DNA from: Acidobacteriota bacterium
GTDB lineage: Bacteria; Acidobacteriota; UBA890; WLXD01
Assembly (NCBI GenBank): GCA_963666215.2
Contig: CAXWPL010000005.1
Location: forward strand, 1,184,001-1,248,000
Reading direction: 5' to 3'
DNA: 64,000 bases
Shown piece by piece: positions 21,401 to 31,851 of this stretch; position 1 is the stretch's first letter; each line of letters begins with the position of its first letter. The translations under genes and the position numbers were made by a program. The notes beneath the pieces are model-generated. The model did no database searches. It was not told where the DNA came from and saw only the letters and a list, made by a program, of their open reading frames with translations.

Positions 21401-21832
21401 CTGCGAGCCGAACAGCACCGCGGAGCCGTCGGGCGTGAAGTCGCGGACGATGTCGGCGCCCGGATGCCAGGTCAGCCGCCGCGGCTCACCGCCTCCGGTG
21501 GGCACCACAAAAACATCGGTGTTGCCGTCGTACTCGCCCGAGAACGCGATCCACCCGCCGTCGGGAGAGAACACCGGCAAAGACTCCGAACCGGCGTGTG
21601 TGGTCAACCGTCGGACATCCGACCCGTCGAGACGCACGCTCCACAGGTCGCCGGCGTAGTTGAACGCGACGTGCGTGGCGCTGATTGCCGGCTGCGACAG
21701 CATGCGCGTGTCGGCGGGATCGGGCGCCGGGGTTCCCGGCAAGATCGGGGAGGCGGTCGCCAGCCCGCTGGCTACGGCAACGAGTGTGACGGCGGCCAAC
21801 AGGCGGAACTGGGCGGTTCTGAACATGTGCAC
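18488..21832 (-). CDS. Tricorn-like protease (peptidase S41), secreted
   Basis: PD40 repeats (FSPDG, WSPDG), RDYFYDPNFHGADW, PDZ region, NGGG, AGSGGD, GKRTWGGLVG, ENVGVPPD. Confidence 0.95.
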   Translation of the reverse strand: MHMFRTAQFRLLAAVTLVAVASGLATASPILPGTPAPDPADTRMLSQPAISATHVAFNYAGDLWSVRLDGSDVRRLTTHAGSESLPVFSPDGGWIAFSGEYDGNTDVFVVPTGGGEPRRLTWHPGADIVRDFTPDGSAVLFGSQRSVHTNRYFQLFTVSVDGGMPDKLPIPNAWKAAYSPDGSKIAYTPLGERMNQWKNYRGGTVSRIWIYDVADSSVQQVPQPEGRSNDTDPMWIGETLYFRSDRNGEFNVFSFDPSSSQVSQRTAHADFPVLSASSSVSEIVYEQAGWLYRYDPATDTTMGSRLAIGVPADLIERRPRWVSGSQYIRNGDISPSGSRAVVEFRGEIITVPAEKGTPRNLTRSADVHDRSPAWSPDGKSIAWFSDEGGEYQLRIIDQMGAEERRSIAVDGAGFYEDIHWSPDSKHIAYTDNSWGLFLVDVESGTTRKLATEPYYGPFKTISGSWSSDSGWIAYTQATEADFRRVWVYSLAENRSYPVTDGLSDAYSPVFDGSGKYLYFISSTDAGPVRQWFAMSNADMQATNNIYVAVLQKGVDSPFKAESDEEVVVDEPSAGDAGDTSDAADLEEESPGEESGGQPLIIDFDHLDQRIVAMPLDAAGYDSLEAGADGQIYYLRRDAAGGFGGFGPGSLRKYDLGSREETTLADGVLGYELSADGNKLLAVMPGGTWVIAGSSGEIDPSKGKLDVDAVRVRIDPVAEWQQIYREAWRINRDYFYDPNFHGADWDAMGEKYSEFLDHLTTRGDLNRVLQWMSSELSVGHHRNGGGDTLVQADRIPGGLLGADYEVANGRYRFAKVFGGLNWNPELRAPLTEPGVDAVAGEYLLAVNGLDLTSAENPHSRFENTTDQIVEITLGPNPTYEGSRTAQVVPIASEVALRNRDWVEGNIAKVDAATNGRVAYVYVPNTAGLGHTYFKRYFFPQAHKDAIIVDEFFNGGGQVADYYIDLLRRPYISHWATRYGQDFKTPVHSIQGPKVMLIDETAGSGGDLLPWMFHKLELGTLVGKRTWGGLVGTLGFPVLMDGGVITAPNLAIWTEDGFVVENVGVPPDVEVEQWPADVIAGRDPQLEKAIEIALAELEANPPYDPAKPAYPIRVRQ

Positions 21833-21970
21833 CTCGAGTGTGGGGAAGCCTGAGAATCGATTGGTCGGTCACGGGATGGACCTCCGCGTGGCAGCAACAC
21901 CGGGAGATCACCCCGACGAAAACCTGCGAGCCCGGTCGGCCGCCAGCCGCGCGGCCGCGGTCGCGTTGCG

Positions 21971-22531
21971 TCAGTCCGGGCGCAGCCGATCGGCGAACTT
22001 GGCGCGGAGCTTGGCGAGCTTGGGCTCGATCACGACCTGACAGTACGGCTGCGATGTATTCCGGCGGTAGTACTCCTGGTGGTACTCCTCGCCCGGGTAG
22101 TAGTCCTCCAGCTCGGTCACCTCGGTGACGATCGGATCGGGCCAGATCGACTGTTCGTCGAGCTCGACGAGCAGCTCCTGGGCAATCCGGCGCTGCTCGT
22201 CGGAGTGGGTGAAGATCGCCGAACGGTACTGTGTGCCGCTGTCGGCGCCCTGACGATTCAGCGTCGTCGGATCGTGAACGGTGAAGAAGATCTCGAGGAT
22301 CTCGCGGTAGCTGATCTCGTGCGGCAAGAACTCGACCTGAATCACCTCGGCATGACCGGTTGTACCCGCGCAGACGGCCCGATAGGTCGGATCGACCACG
22401 TGGCCTCCGGTGTAGCCGGATTCGACGCGCTCAACTCCCTGGAGGCGCTCGAACACGGCCTCGACACACCAGAAGCAGCCACCTCCCAGCGTCGCGATCT
22501 CGGTACCCGCGTTGTTCTCTGTGGTGCTCAT
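21971..22531 (-). CDS. msrA: Peptide-methionine (S)-S-oxide reductase
   Basis: GGGCFWCVE, GYTGG, HDPTTLNRQG, QYRSAIF, EEYHQEYY. Confidence 0.97.
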   Translation of the reverse strand: MSTTENNAGTEIATLGGGCFWCVEAVFERLQGVERVESGYTGGHVVDPTYRAVCAGTTGHAEVIQVEFLPHEISYREILEIFFTVHDPTTLNRQGADSGTQYRSAIFTHSDEQRRIAQELLVELDEQSIWPDPIVTEVTELEDYYPGEEYHQEYYRRNTSQPYCQVVIEPKLAKLRAKFADRLRPD

Positions 22532-22576
22532 CTCAGCCTCCGCTGGAGAATGCTGGTGGGGGCAGGCGGCGCGCCC

Positions 22577-23706
22577 TCAAAACGTCTCGACCAGCCGATC
22601 GATGTCTGATCTCGTGTTGTACCAGTGCGGCGAGATCCTCAGTCCCCCCCCGCGCACCGAGGCCAGTATGCCGCGACGTTGCAGGTCGGCTTCGACCGAG
22701 TCGGGATCGGCTGGGCGCGCCATCACGATGCCAGCACGGCGCGACTCATCGATTGGAGTCTGGAATCGAACGCCCTTCTCGGCAAGGCGCTCCAGGAGAT
22801 AGCCGCCCAGATCCAGCACGCGACGCTCGACGTGCTCCATGCCGATGGTTCGAGCGAGCTCGATCGCGGCTCCGAGCGTGAACGCCCCGGCAAACGGCGG
22901 GTGCCCGAGCTCGAGCGCAGAAGCGGCCGGAGTGATGTCGAGCCGATCCGACACCAGCGCGTAGGGATCCCGGGCGCTGCGCCAGCCAACGGCTGGATGA
23001 GATGCGGCGCGCGCGTGCTTGCGGTTGACGTAGAGGTAGCCAACGCCGTAGCCGGCATTGAGCCACTTGTAGCCGCTGCTGACGGCATAGTCGACAGAGC
23101 TCTCGGACAGATCAAGCCGCACCGCACCGCAGCCCTGCGTGACATCAACAACGAGCGTGATGTCGCGTGCCCGACAGACTTCCGCCAGCTCGTCGAGGCG
23201 GTAACGGTAGCCGCCGCTGTAGTGAACCCAGCCGATGGCCAGCACCCTGGTTTCCGCAGCCAGCCCGGAGGCCAGCGCATCGATCTCCACACCCCCATGG
23301 CCGGCGGTATCGGGTTCGATGAAGTCGACGTCGAACCCGAGCTGCTGCCAAGGCAGCGTCACCGAAGGGAAATCGCCGCGCACCAAAGACACGCGGCAAG
23401 CGCCGTGCTCGCGGTACAACCGATGAGCAATCAGGTTGAGGCCCACCGAGGCGTTGGCGATGAACGACAGCTCGTCGCGATGGCATCCCAGATGAGTGGC
23501 AATCGAGCCGCGTATGTCCTCGATGCGCGCGAGCCATGCGTCCCAGTGAACGTCCCCGTCGCGACAAGTCGATTCGTAGTACTCGGCGCCGGCAGCGGCT
23601 GCTGCCCGCGACATCGGGCCTCCGGCGGCGGTGGATAGGTAAACCGAGGCCTCGACCGCGGGGAACTCCGCCCGCAGGCGCTGAGGCGCTGCCAGTCAGC
23701 TGTCAT
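22577..23706 (-). CDS. Class V aminotransferase / cysteine desulfurase-like protein; 5' end frameshifted by an 8-bp tandem duplication
   Basis: VVDVTQGCG, SGYKWLNAGYGVG, LRISPHWYNT; removing one AGGCGCTG copy restores MTADWQRLRAEFPAVEASVYL from an ATG overlapping the nitrilase stop. Confidence 0.85.
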
Positions 23707-24722
23707 ACGTCGACGACGTTGCTGAGCGCACGCGTGTTGACCTCGAGACGGAAAACGTCGGGCCGCGAGTAGTGACCGTCGCTGTCGAGGTACATGCGAC
23801 CCTCGTCGATCAGTGCGGGGTCGACATCGCCGTAGACGATGGTCTCGGCCGATGCAGCATGCCCGTCTTCGGCGAACGCCGGGCCGGCGACGAAGCTGAT
23901 GTCGGGCGCGATCAAACAGCTGCCGCCGCGCAGCAGGAGCGTGTCGTCTTCGCCCTCGATCGACTCCAGCATGGCGCGGGCCTCGCCCTCGTTCGCGGCC
24001 TCCTGGAGCGAGTCGAATCCGGCCAGCACTTGGCCCTTGGTCATGACACACCCGGAGGCCGCCACGAAGCACTGTCCCTCGAAAGCGTACTGACGACTGC
24101 AAACCTGATGCAGCTCACGAACCCACGGCCATTGCGCGATGTGCAAGGTCTCGCGCTTGGCATGCATCGCAGCGCGCGCAAGCGGCATCCAGTGCTCCCA
24201 GCAGACCAGCGATCCGATGACCCCCTCCTGGGTCTCGAGAGCCGTCAGAGTGCTCCCGTCTCCCTGGCCCCACACCAATCGTTCGGTGTACGTCGGCGTG
24301 AGCTTGCGGTGCAGCACATAGTCCTCGCCGTTCGCAGCGAAGGTCACGACCGTGTTGTAGAGCGTCCCGCCGCGGTGCTCATGCGCGCCGATGACAACCA
24401 CGACGCCGGCCTCTCCGGCCGCGGCGCGCAGTCGATCAAAGTGTGGCGACGGGATCTCGAGCGAGTTGCGAGACAGCAACCGGTACAGAGCCTTGGCGCC
24501 GGGATGATCCCAGATCGCCGCTCGCGGCGCCGCGTCGATCCAAACCGGATATCCGGGAAGCCACGTCTCGCCAAACACCACGACACGCGCACCGTTCGAC
24601 GCCGCTTCTGCCACCAAATCGACAGCGCGGGCGACAGTAGCATCAAGGTTCAGAAAAATCGGCGCGTCCTGCACCAGGGCGACGGTAAACCGATTCTTGG
24701 AGTGCATGGCCGTCTGATTCAT
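23703..24722 (-). CDS. Nitrilase (carbon-nitrogen hydrolase)
   Basis: FGETWLPGYP, HRKLTPTYTERLVWGQGDG, LVCWEHWMP, DGHYSRPDVF (Glu-Lys-Cys triad). Confidence 0.93.
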   Translation of the reverse strand: MNQTAMHSKNRFTVALVQDAPIFLNLDATVARAVDLVAEAASNGARVVVFGETWLPGYPVWIDAAPRAAIWDHPGAKALYRLLSRNSLEIPSPHFDRLRAAAGEAGVVVVIGAHEHRGGTLYNTVVTFAANGEDYVLHRKLTPTYTERLVWGQGDGSTLTALETQEGVIGSLVCWEHWMPLARAAMHAKRETLHIAQWPWVRELHQVCSRQYAFEGQCFVAASGCVMTKGQVLAGFDSLQEAANEGEARAMLESIEGEDDTLLLRGGSCLIAPDISFVAGPAFAEDGHAASAETIVYGDVDPALIDEGRMYLDSDGHYSRPDVFRLEVNTRALSNVVDV

Positions 24723-24874
24723 TCAGAGACGTTTCAGGATTCAACAGAGTATGCCCGGAAGGCAGCCAGGTCGACGATCATCGCGGGCGCCGAGAGAACG
24801 ACGAGCGGAGCTGATCACCGCGTGAACGGTGTTCAGTCCCATCCGGCGAACGTGTGGTGGCGCGGGCGGAAACC

Positions 24875-26101
24875 TCAGAGACTATCGAGAGACGATCGAG
24901 AGACGATCGACGGCCCATCGACGGTCGCTCGGTAGGATCCAGGGTCGGTGTCGCCTTCGGTAGAGAAGGCCAGAACGCGCGACTGCCGATCGAGGTCGAG
25001 ACTCCGCCCATGCTGCAATTCGGGTGTCGTGGGCAGCAACACCAAGCAACCCACGCCCACCGCGCCGGATTCTCCGGAGACGATCCTGGGATCGTCTGCA
25101 CCGCTCTCGGCAGCGGCCTGGGCGTCACGCCCCGCCAAGCGCCGCATTCCGCTCCGAGAAACCTCGTCGGAGCAGGTAACAAAATCATCCGCCGTCGCTT
25201 TCAAGATGCGCCAGCCGAGATGACTGACCTCGCCACAGCACAGGCACGCCATAGACGACTCGGGACTCTCCAGGCGTGGGGGTGGCGCGTCAACGTCGAT
25301 CGAACGGCCGGCCGCGGCGGACTCGAGCGCCGACTCCAGTGCGGCCATGGCGCACGCGGCTCCCTCCGGCTCCACAACAACAATCCGTGGACGCCTGTCT
25401 CCGAAGCGCGCCGCCAGATGTCCGGCGATGGCGCCAGCGAAGGAGCCGACGCCACACTGCAGCAGGACGTGTGTCGGTTCGCCGAGCCGCCCCGCGGCCA
25501 GCTGGCTTGCCTGCTCGAGCGCCTCGTCGATCATCGTCAGGTAGCCCTGCATGATCAGCAGCGGAACCTCCTCGTACCCGGGCCAGGAGCTGTCCTGAAC
25601 CAGTACGCACTCCTCCCCGCCTGCCTCGGCGACGCGCACCGCGTGCTCGACGGCCATCTCGTAGGTGCCTTCGACACGCTCCACACGCGCGCCGAAGCCC
25701 GCGATGGCCTCGAGACGGGCGGCGGCGGTGTACGCGGGCAAGCAGACGACGGCAGCGTGCCCCAGGCGCTGCGCCGCCCAGGCGACCGCGCGCCCATGGT
25801 TACCGGCCGAGGCGGCAACAAGCGTCAGGCGCTTGCCCGGTCGCTCGCGAGCCAGGTGGTGAATCGCGTAGCTGGTGCCGAGTCCTTTGAACGCGTTGAG
25901 CCCGAAGCGGAACGACTCGTCCTTGACCCAGAGGGCGCCGAGCCCCAGCTCATCGGCGAGCCCCGGCAACTCGACCAGCGGCGTGGGTGCGTAGCCCTCG
26001 ATCGCCGCGTGGAAGGCGCGCGCGCGCTTCGTTGCCAACGAATCGAACGTCGACAAATCCGGCTGCTGTCGGCCGGCGAACGGATTGGCGAGGTGACGCA
26101 T
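24875..26101 (-). CDS. dpaL: Diaminopropionate ammonia-lyase
   Basis: VKDESFRFGLNAFKGLG, GNHGRAVAW, QDSSWPGYE, IMQGYLTM, QCGVGS, SGESGAVG, STEGDTDP. Confidence 0.92.
   Translation of the reverse strand: MRHLANPFAGRQQPDLSTFDSLATKRARAFHAAIEGYAPTPLVELPGLADELGLGALWVKDESFRFGLNAFKGLGTSYAIHHLARERPGKRLTLVAASAGNHGRAVAWAAQRLGHAAVVCLPAYTAAARLEAIAGFGARVERVEGTYEMAVEHAVRVAEAGGEECVLVQDSSWPGYEEVPLLIMQGYLTMIDEALEQASQLAAGRLGEPTHVLLQCGVGSFAGAIAGHLAARFGDRRPRIVVVEPEGAACAMAALESALESAAAGRSIDVDAPPPRLESPESSMACLCCGEVSHLGWRILKATADDFVTCSDEVSRSGMRRLAGRDAQAAAESGADDPRIVSGESGAVGVGCLVLLPTTPELQHGRSLDLDRQSRVLAFSTEGDTDPGSYRATVDGPSIVSRSSLDSL
24878..24910. repeat. 11-bp tandem repeat x3 at the dpaL 3' end
   Basis: GAGACTATCGA GAGACGATCGA GAGACGATCGA. 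Confidence 0.8.
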
Positions 26102-26137
26102 TCTTCGTGAGAGCTGTCGGTTCCGCTTCAGGGCTAC

Positions 26138-27346
26138 CTAGGCGGTGGGCGCGTCGTCGCGAACCGGGACGTCCCAAATCTCGCCGAGCACGCGGATGAA
26201 GTTGCCGCCAAGAATGCCAACGATGTCGTCGTCGCTGTAGCCACGGCGAATGAGCCCATCGGTGAGATCGAAGCAGCGCAGCGGGTGGTCAACGCCTTCG
26301 ATGTCGATCTTGTCGCGGAAAGCGTAGGTGTCTTTGTAGGCCGCCTTGAGGCTCTCGTAGACCTGCGGATCCATGTCGTCGTAGCCGTCGAGGTCGATGT
26401 CGCTGCCCAGGCCGACGTGCTCCACGCCCACGAGCTGAGCCACGTGGTCGTAGTGGTCGAGCATGTGTTCGATGGTCGTCGGCTCGCTATGGAAAACGAA
26501 GTTGCGCACGCCGGTGATCCCCATCACGCCGCCGCTGGCACCCATCTTGAGGATGGCCTCGTCGGTCTTGGTGCGCGGGTGGCCGTTGACAAAGACGCGG
26601 CAATTGGAGTGCGTGATCAGCACCGGCTTGTTTGAAAGATCAAAGGCATCGAGCGTGGTCTGGTCGCCGCAATGTGAAGTGTCGACCGCGATACCCACCT
26701 CGTTCATGCGCGCGATAACGGCGACGCCCCAGTCGCTGATGCCTCCGTCGACGCGCTCGGTGGAACCGTTGCCGATGCGGTTGCGCGAGTTGTAGGTGAG
26801 CTGCGAGACCCTTTGACCGAGGCTCCAGAACTGGTTGACGGCGTCGAGCTGCCGGGTGAAGTGGTTCGAGTTCTGGATTCCGAGAAGCACGCCGATACGC
26901 TTCGACTCCTTGGCACGCGCGAAGTCGTCGGCGGAGTCGATGCGCATGAACCAGTCGGGATGCGCCGCAATCAGCCCGTTGTTGGCACCGATGTAGCCGG
27001 AGACCTCGAGCTCGGGAGTCGAGTAGCCGCCTACCCCGACCGCCGCGTGAAACACGCTGATCCCCGAAGACATGAAGCGGTCGTAGTCGCGCTCGGTGAA
27101 CGTGGACGGATCACGCAGCCAGTCGCTGCCGCTGACTACGTCCAGATTGAGCGGCGAAAGCATGTCGACAACAATCGCCCGCTCCATGATCTGGAGGGCG
27201 CGCGATGTGTACTCGGCACCGCCGGCGACGAGGCGATGACGTCGCCGATGCACCGCTGGAGCCGCCGCCGCGAGCGCTGCAGGAAGATTGACGGCGGCTG
27301 CCGCAGCCAGGCCAGTCTTCAACACGTGCCGTCGGGTACTCGTCAT
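26138..27346 (-). CDS. Membrane dipeptidase (peptidase M19) with Tat signal
   Basis: TRRHVLK Tat motif; SQLTYN, VDTSHC, ITHSNCR, HPRTKTDE, HVGLGSD, ILGGNF. Confidence 0.9.
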   Translation of the reverse strand: MTSTRRHVLKTGLAAAAAVNLPAALAAAAPAVHRRRHRLVAGGAEYTSRALQIMERAIVVDMLSPLNLDVVSGSDWLRDPSTFTERDYDRFMSSGISVFHAAVGVGGYSTPELEVSGYIGANNGLIAAHPDWFMRIDSADDFARAKESKRIGVLLGIQNSNHFTRQLDAVNQFWSLGQRVSQLTYNSRNRIGNGSTERVDGGISDWGVAVIARMNEVGIAVDTSHCGDQTTLDAFDLSNKPVLITHSNCRVFVNGHPRTKTDEAILKMGASGGVMGITGVRNFVFHSEPTTIEHMLDHYDHVAQLVGVEHVGLGSDIDLDGYDDMDPQVYESLKAAYKDTYAFRDKIDIEGVDHPLRCFDLTDGLIRRGYSDDDIVGILGGNFIRVLGEIWDVPVRDDAPTA

Positions 27347-27430
27347 TCGGTCAGGGTCCTTGAAAAGATCATCGGAAGAGCCTCAACTTAGAGATCGGGA
27401 TTTGAAAGGTCGGGATCGGTCGATGAAGAG

Positions 27431-29882
27431 CTAGCGGTCGGGCCGCAGAATCAGCCGGTGCGCCGCGTTCGATTCGACCGCGTCGCGCGTGTAGAGGAGC
27501 GGGAAGTACTCGCCGTCGGCCCACATCTGGCGCAGGTTGCCGTAGTTGGGGCTGCCCGGTTGTCCGGATTGTCCGGGGGTACTGGTAGCCACCGATCGAT
27601 CCCATTCGGCGAAGTCGAGAATCTCACGGAACGACGGTCCGCCGCCCGGCCGGGCAACGTTCACCGTGGTGCGGTCGCCGCCGCGATCGACCGGCGGTAG
27701 GTCGAAGCCCTCCCAAAGGGGATGCTCGAACGCAATGCTGTTGCGAGGCCCCCAGCGCCACGCCTCCCAATCGGCCCCTTGAGACGACTCGAGGTTGTCA
27801 AGCGCGGCTGCCAGCGCTTGCTCGTGTGACGCAGCCAAGTCCGCCAACGCCGCCGCGCCAGCATCCGGTGTCGGTGACGGCCGCTGCTGGTCTCGGAGCG
27901 CGTCACGCCAGGCGTCGTAGAGGGCGGCGGCCGGACTGTCGCGGTGAAGCTCGTGGTTCCAGTCGAGGAGCACTCCGCGTGCGCGTTCCAGCCGGTCGTC
28001 CTCGAAGGTGAAGGCGGCCAGCTCGCGCCGCCACACGCGACACCTCGTCGTACTGCAGGCGCTTGAAGGCATCCACCGAGAAGCCGTCGCCGGGTCGCGT
28101 CGAGAGCACCTCCACCAAACGCTCGTAGCGCGCCGGGTCCGCCCAGCTGTAGCCGAGCGGTGGATCGTAGCCCTCGGGCATCACATTGTGATTGGCGGTG
28201 GCGATGAAGTTGCGCGAAGGATTGAGCTCGTGCGGCAGCTCCATCGTGTCGCGGAAGCCCTGCCATTCGTAGCTGCCGTCGCCCGGCACGGGTAGCCGCC
28301 CCGTCCAGCCATCATGTCGGTCGCGCAGGGGCGTCAAGCCGGCGGCCATCCAGCCGATGTTCCCGTCGGTGTCGGCGTAGATCATGTTCTCGGAAGGCAC
28401 CTTCCAACCGCGCATGCCCTCGAGATACTCCTCCCAGCTCGACGCTTGATCGACCCGCAGTGAGCCCAGATACCCGGCGGTACCAGGTTCGCTCAGAACG
28501 GTCTTGAAGGAGTAGGCGCGACGGTTTTCCGCGTCTTCGAGAATCACCGGGCCATGATGCCCGAACTTGAGCGTGACCTCGCGAGCCTCCTCGCCGGCCA
28601 CCGCGATCGTTTCGGTGTGGCCGGTGAACTCAGCCCAGTCGCCGTTGTGCATGTAGCGATTGTCGTCTTCCGGATGGAGCTCCTCGACAAAAATATCGCC
28701 TTGGTCGATACCGACGATCGTCAGACCCCAGCCGATGCGCTCGTTGTGCCCAATCGCGACTCCGGGAAGGGCCGGCTCGCCGGAGCCAATGACGTTCCAC
28801 TCGGGAGCCACCAGGTGCACCAGGTAACGTAACGAGGGCGTAGCGATCGACCGATGCGGGTCGTTGGCCAACAGCGGCATCCCGGTTGCGCTGAGGGAGC
28901 CGTCGATGACCCAGTTGTTGCTGCCATCACCGGGCATTCGCTCGGTCACCGCGGCACCCGGAACGCGGTCACGCGACACTCGCTGCTTGCCGGCAGGCGT
29001 CGTTGCGCCGATGAGTCTTGGCAAGAAGCCGGGCAGGGGCAGGACCAACCCCGCCACGCCCGAGCTGGCGCTCGCAGCGACGCCGCGGAATCGCGGCAGC
29101 AGACTCGGCGGCGGCAGACGATCACCGAGGGCGCGGCGGCGAAAATCTTCGGGCACGATATCAACCTGCAGCCCGGCAGGGATCGCCAGCACGTCCCACG
29201 GGTCGGGGGCGTTTTCACGGTTCGCCGCCTCCAGACCGAGCTCGCGGACACGCAATAGCAGGCCGATCTCTCCCAGATTATTGCCGGTCATGGCAAGGCC
29301 GGCCATGCGCAGCACGGGCACGTCATCAGCCCAGCGCTCCAGCGGGATACCGGTGAGCTGAAACTCCACCGGGGGGTTGTCACGGCGGCGCCCGATATAC
29401 GCGTTCACCCCCGCCACAAACGCCCGAATAATGCGCTGTCCATCGGGATGATAGCTGCGGTACTCGGCGATCATGTCACCGCGATAACGCAGCAGCCGGG
29501 CGAAGCGATCATGCTCCAGGGCGACGGGTCCGAGGACCTCGGAGAGCCGTCCTTCGCCGTAGCGCCGCCACCAGTCCATCTGCCAGAGCCGATCCTGTGC
29601 GGCGACGAATCCCTGCGCGAAGAAGAGATCGTCGGCGCTCTCGGCGTAGATGTGTGCAACGCCCCACGGGTCGCGGATCACCTCCACTCGACCGGTCAAC
29701 CCAGCAAGCTCGAGCTCGCCGTCGAGCTGCGACAGGGCGTCGTTGGCAAGAGCTTCCACCTCGACGTTCGGGTCCGCCGAGCGCGCGGCGGAACCCGCGC
29801 CGCACCCGGCGGTCAGAAAGCACGCGACGGTTGCCGAACAGAGACGCCAGCAAGTAGGTGTGAAACGAAAGAGAGACCACAT
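27431..29882 (-). CDS. Penicillin acylase family (S45, Ntn hydrolase), split by a +1 indel near 28035
   Basis: RDPWGVAHIYA, AQGFVAAQDRLWQMD, GSNNW, LLANDPH; C-terminal half TPGQSGQPGSPNY lies in the adjacent frame. Confidence 0.9.
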
Positions 29883-30110
29883 GGCCAAAGTCCAGTAAGA
29901 CCCGGTAGACAGGTGTGGGCGACGCACCTGGGTACACCAGTAGACCCACGATCTCAAGCGTGACGAGAGCGACAGCCGGCGGGCAGGCGCGCGATGCCTC
30001 GTCCTCCGGCGTGCACCGGGGAACACCGAGCGGCGCGCAGGGTGGGCGCGCTGCTAACATCTGCATGCCTTTTGGCGCTCCCCGCTAACTCACTTCGCAG
30101 AGGTCCGCGC

Positions 30111-31851
30111 ATGAAACGAGCTTCACTTCTGTTTGTAGCCGCGCTCGCGCTTCCATCAGCCGCTGTTGCGCAGCAGGTCCAGCCTATCGTTCACACCCTC
30201 GAGAACGGCATGACGCTGCTGCTTCTCCCGCGCCCCGGCGACCCGAACATTTCGGCTGGCTGGGTAGCCAAGGTCGGCTCGGTAAACGAGCGGCCAGGCA
30301 TTACCGGGGTTGCCCACCTGTTCGAGCACATGATGTTCAAGGGCACGCACACCATCGGCACGCAGGACATCGACGAGGATCTTCGAATTATCGCGTACCT
30401 CGACGACCTCAAGTCACAGATCGGGGTTCTCGAGAAGGATCTGCAGCGCCAGCAACGCCTCGGGATGATTGACGACTGGAAGACTCCCGAGAACCGATCA
30501 GCGGAGCATGCCCAGCTCATCGACGAGTTCGACACCGCGGTCGCTGAGCAGAAGACGCTCCTGGTCAAAGATGAGTTCGACCGGATCTACACCGGAGCGG
30601 GCGCCTCCGGAATGAACGCCGGGACGGCCAACGATCTGACGATTTACTTCATCAACGTGCGGCCAACAAGCTCGAGCTGTGGTTCTGGATGGAGTCCGAT
30701 CGCCTCGCCAACCCCGTTTTCCGCGAGTTCTACAGCGAGCGCGACGTGGTGCACGAGGAGCGCCGGCTGCGCACCGACAGCACCCCCACCGGGAAATTCG
30801 ACGAGCAGTTCGACTCCATCTTCTGGCAGTCGTCACCCTACGGCTGGCCGGTGGTGGGCTGGCCGAGCGACCTCGAGGGCATCACTCGCGAGGAGGCCCT
30901 GGACTTCTTCGACACCTTCTACGCCCCCAACAACCTGACGGCCGGCATCGTTGGCGGCTTCGACCCCGACGAAGCGATCGAGATGGCGGAGCGCTACTTC
31001 GGGCGCCTCGAGCGTGGGCAGGTGGAGCCGTGGGAACCACGCACCACCGAGGTGAAACAGAACGCCGAAAGCCGCATGGTGGCCTACGCCGACACCAACC
31101 CCCAGGTGCAGGTCCGATACCACACGGTTGCCGACCGACACGTCGATGAGCCTGCCCTGCTGGTGATGAGCAACATCCTCAACGGTCGCACGGGCAGACT
31201 GTTCAAGTCGCTGGTCGAGGAACAAGACATCGCGACCCGGGCGTCTGCGTTCGTCAACGGCATGAAGTACGAGGGCTTCTTCCAGGTCAGCGGTACGGCC
31301 AAAGACGGCAATACCCCCGAAGAAGTCGAAGCGGCGATCTATCGGGAAATCGAGAAGCTGCAGGAAGAGGCGGTCACCGAGCGCGAGCTGCAGAAGGTCA
31401 AGAACCAGAACGCCGCGGCGGAGTTCCGGCGGCTGCAGAGCTCGTTCTTCCTGCTCCTGCAGCTCCTTCAGGCCGACGCGATGAACGGCTGGGAAACGCT
31501 GAACATGACCGGGCCCGACCTCCAGGCGGTCACCGCCGACGACGTCATGCGCGTGGCGAGCACCTACTTCGAGCCTGAGAATCGCGCGGTGGCTATCTAC
31601 TACCGGAAGGAAGGGGGCGAGCCCGAAGACCCGCGTTTGGCCGAGCTCGACGAACAGAGCAAACAGCAGGTCCGCATGCTGATGCAACAGCTGGCGCAGG
31701 CAACACCCGCGGAGCTCGATCAGCTTCGCCAGCAGCTCGCGCAGTTCGAGCAGATGGGGGACCGGTCCCAGCCGAGCAGCAGGCGATGTTTGCGCTCATG
31801 ATCGAGCTGGTGCGAGAACGTGTTCAAGAGCTCGAAGGAGAAAGCCAGTGA
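30111..31851 (+). CDS. M16 zinc peptidase (active subunit), split by -1 indels near 30660 and 31763
   Basis: Signal peptide; TGVAHLFEHMMFKGT (HXXEH); V(P)ANKLELWFWMESDR spans the first shift; ERDVVHEERR. Confidence 0.9.

Noticed and set aside
24750-24772. CCGGAAGGCAGC resembling the SRP RNA core loop
   Set aside because: Lacks the full CAGG..GGAAGGAAGCAGC motif and a long enclosing stem
30650-30670. Programmed frameshift in the M16 peptidase
   Set aside because: No slippery sequence; a single missing C explains it and matches the other indels
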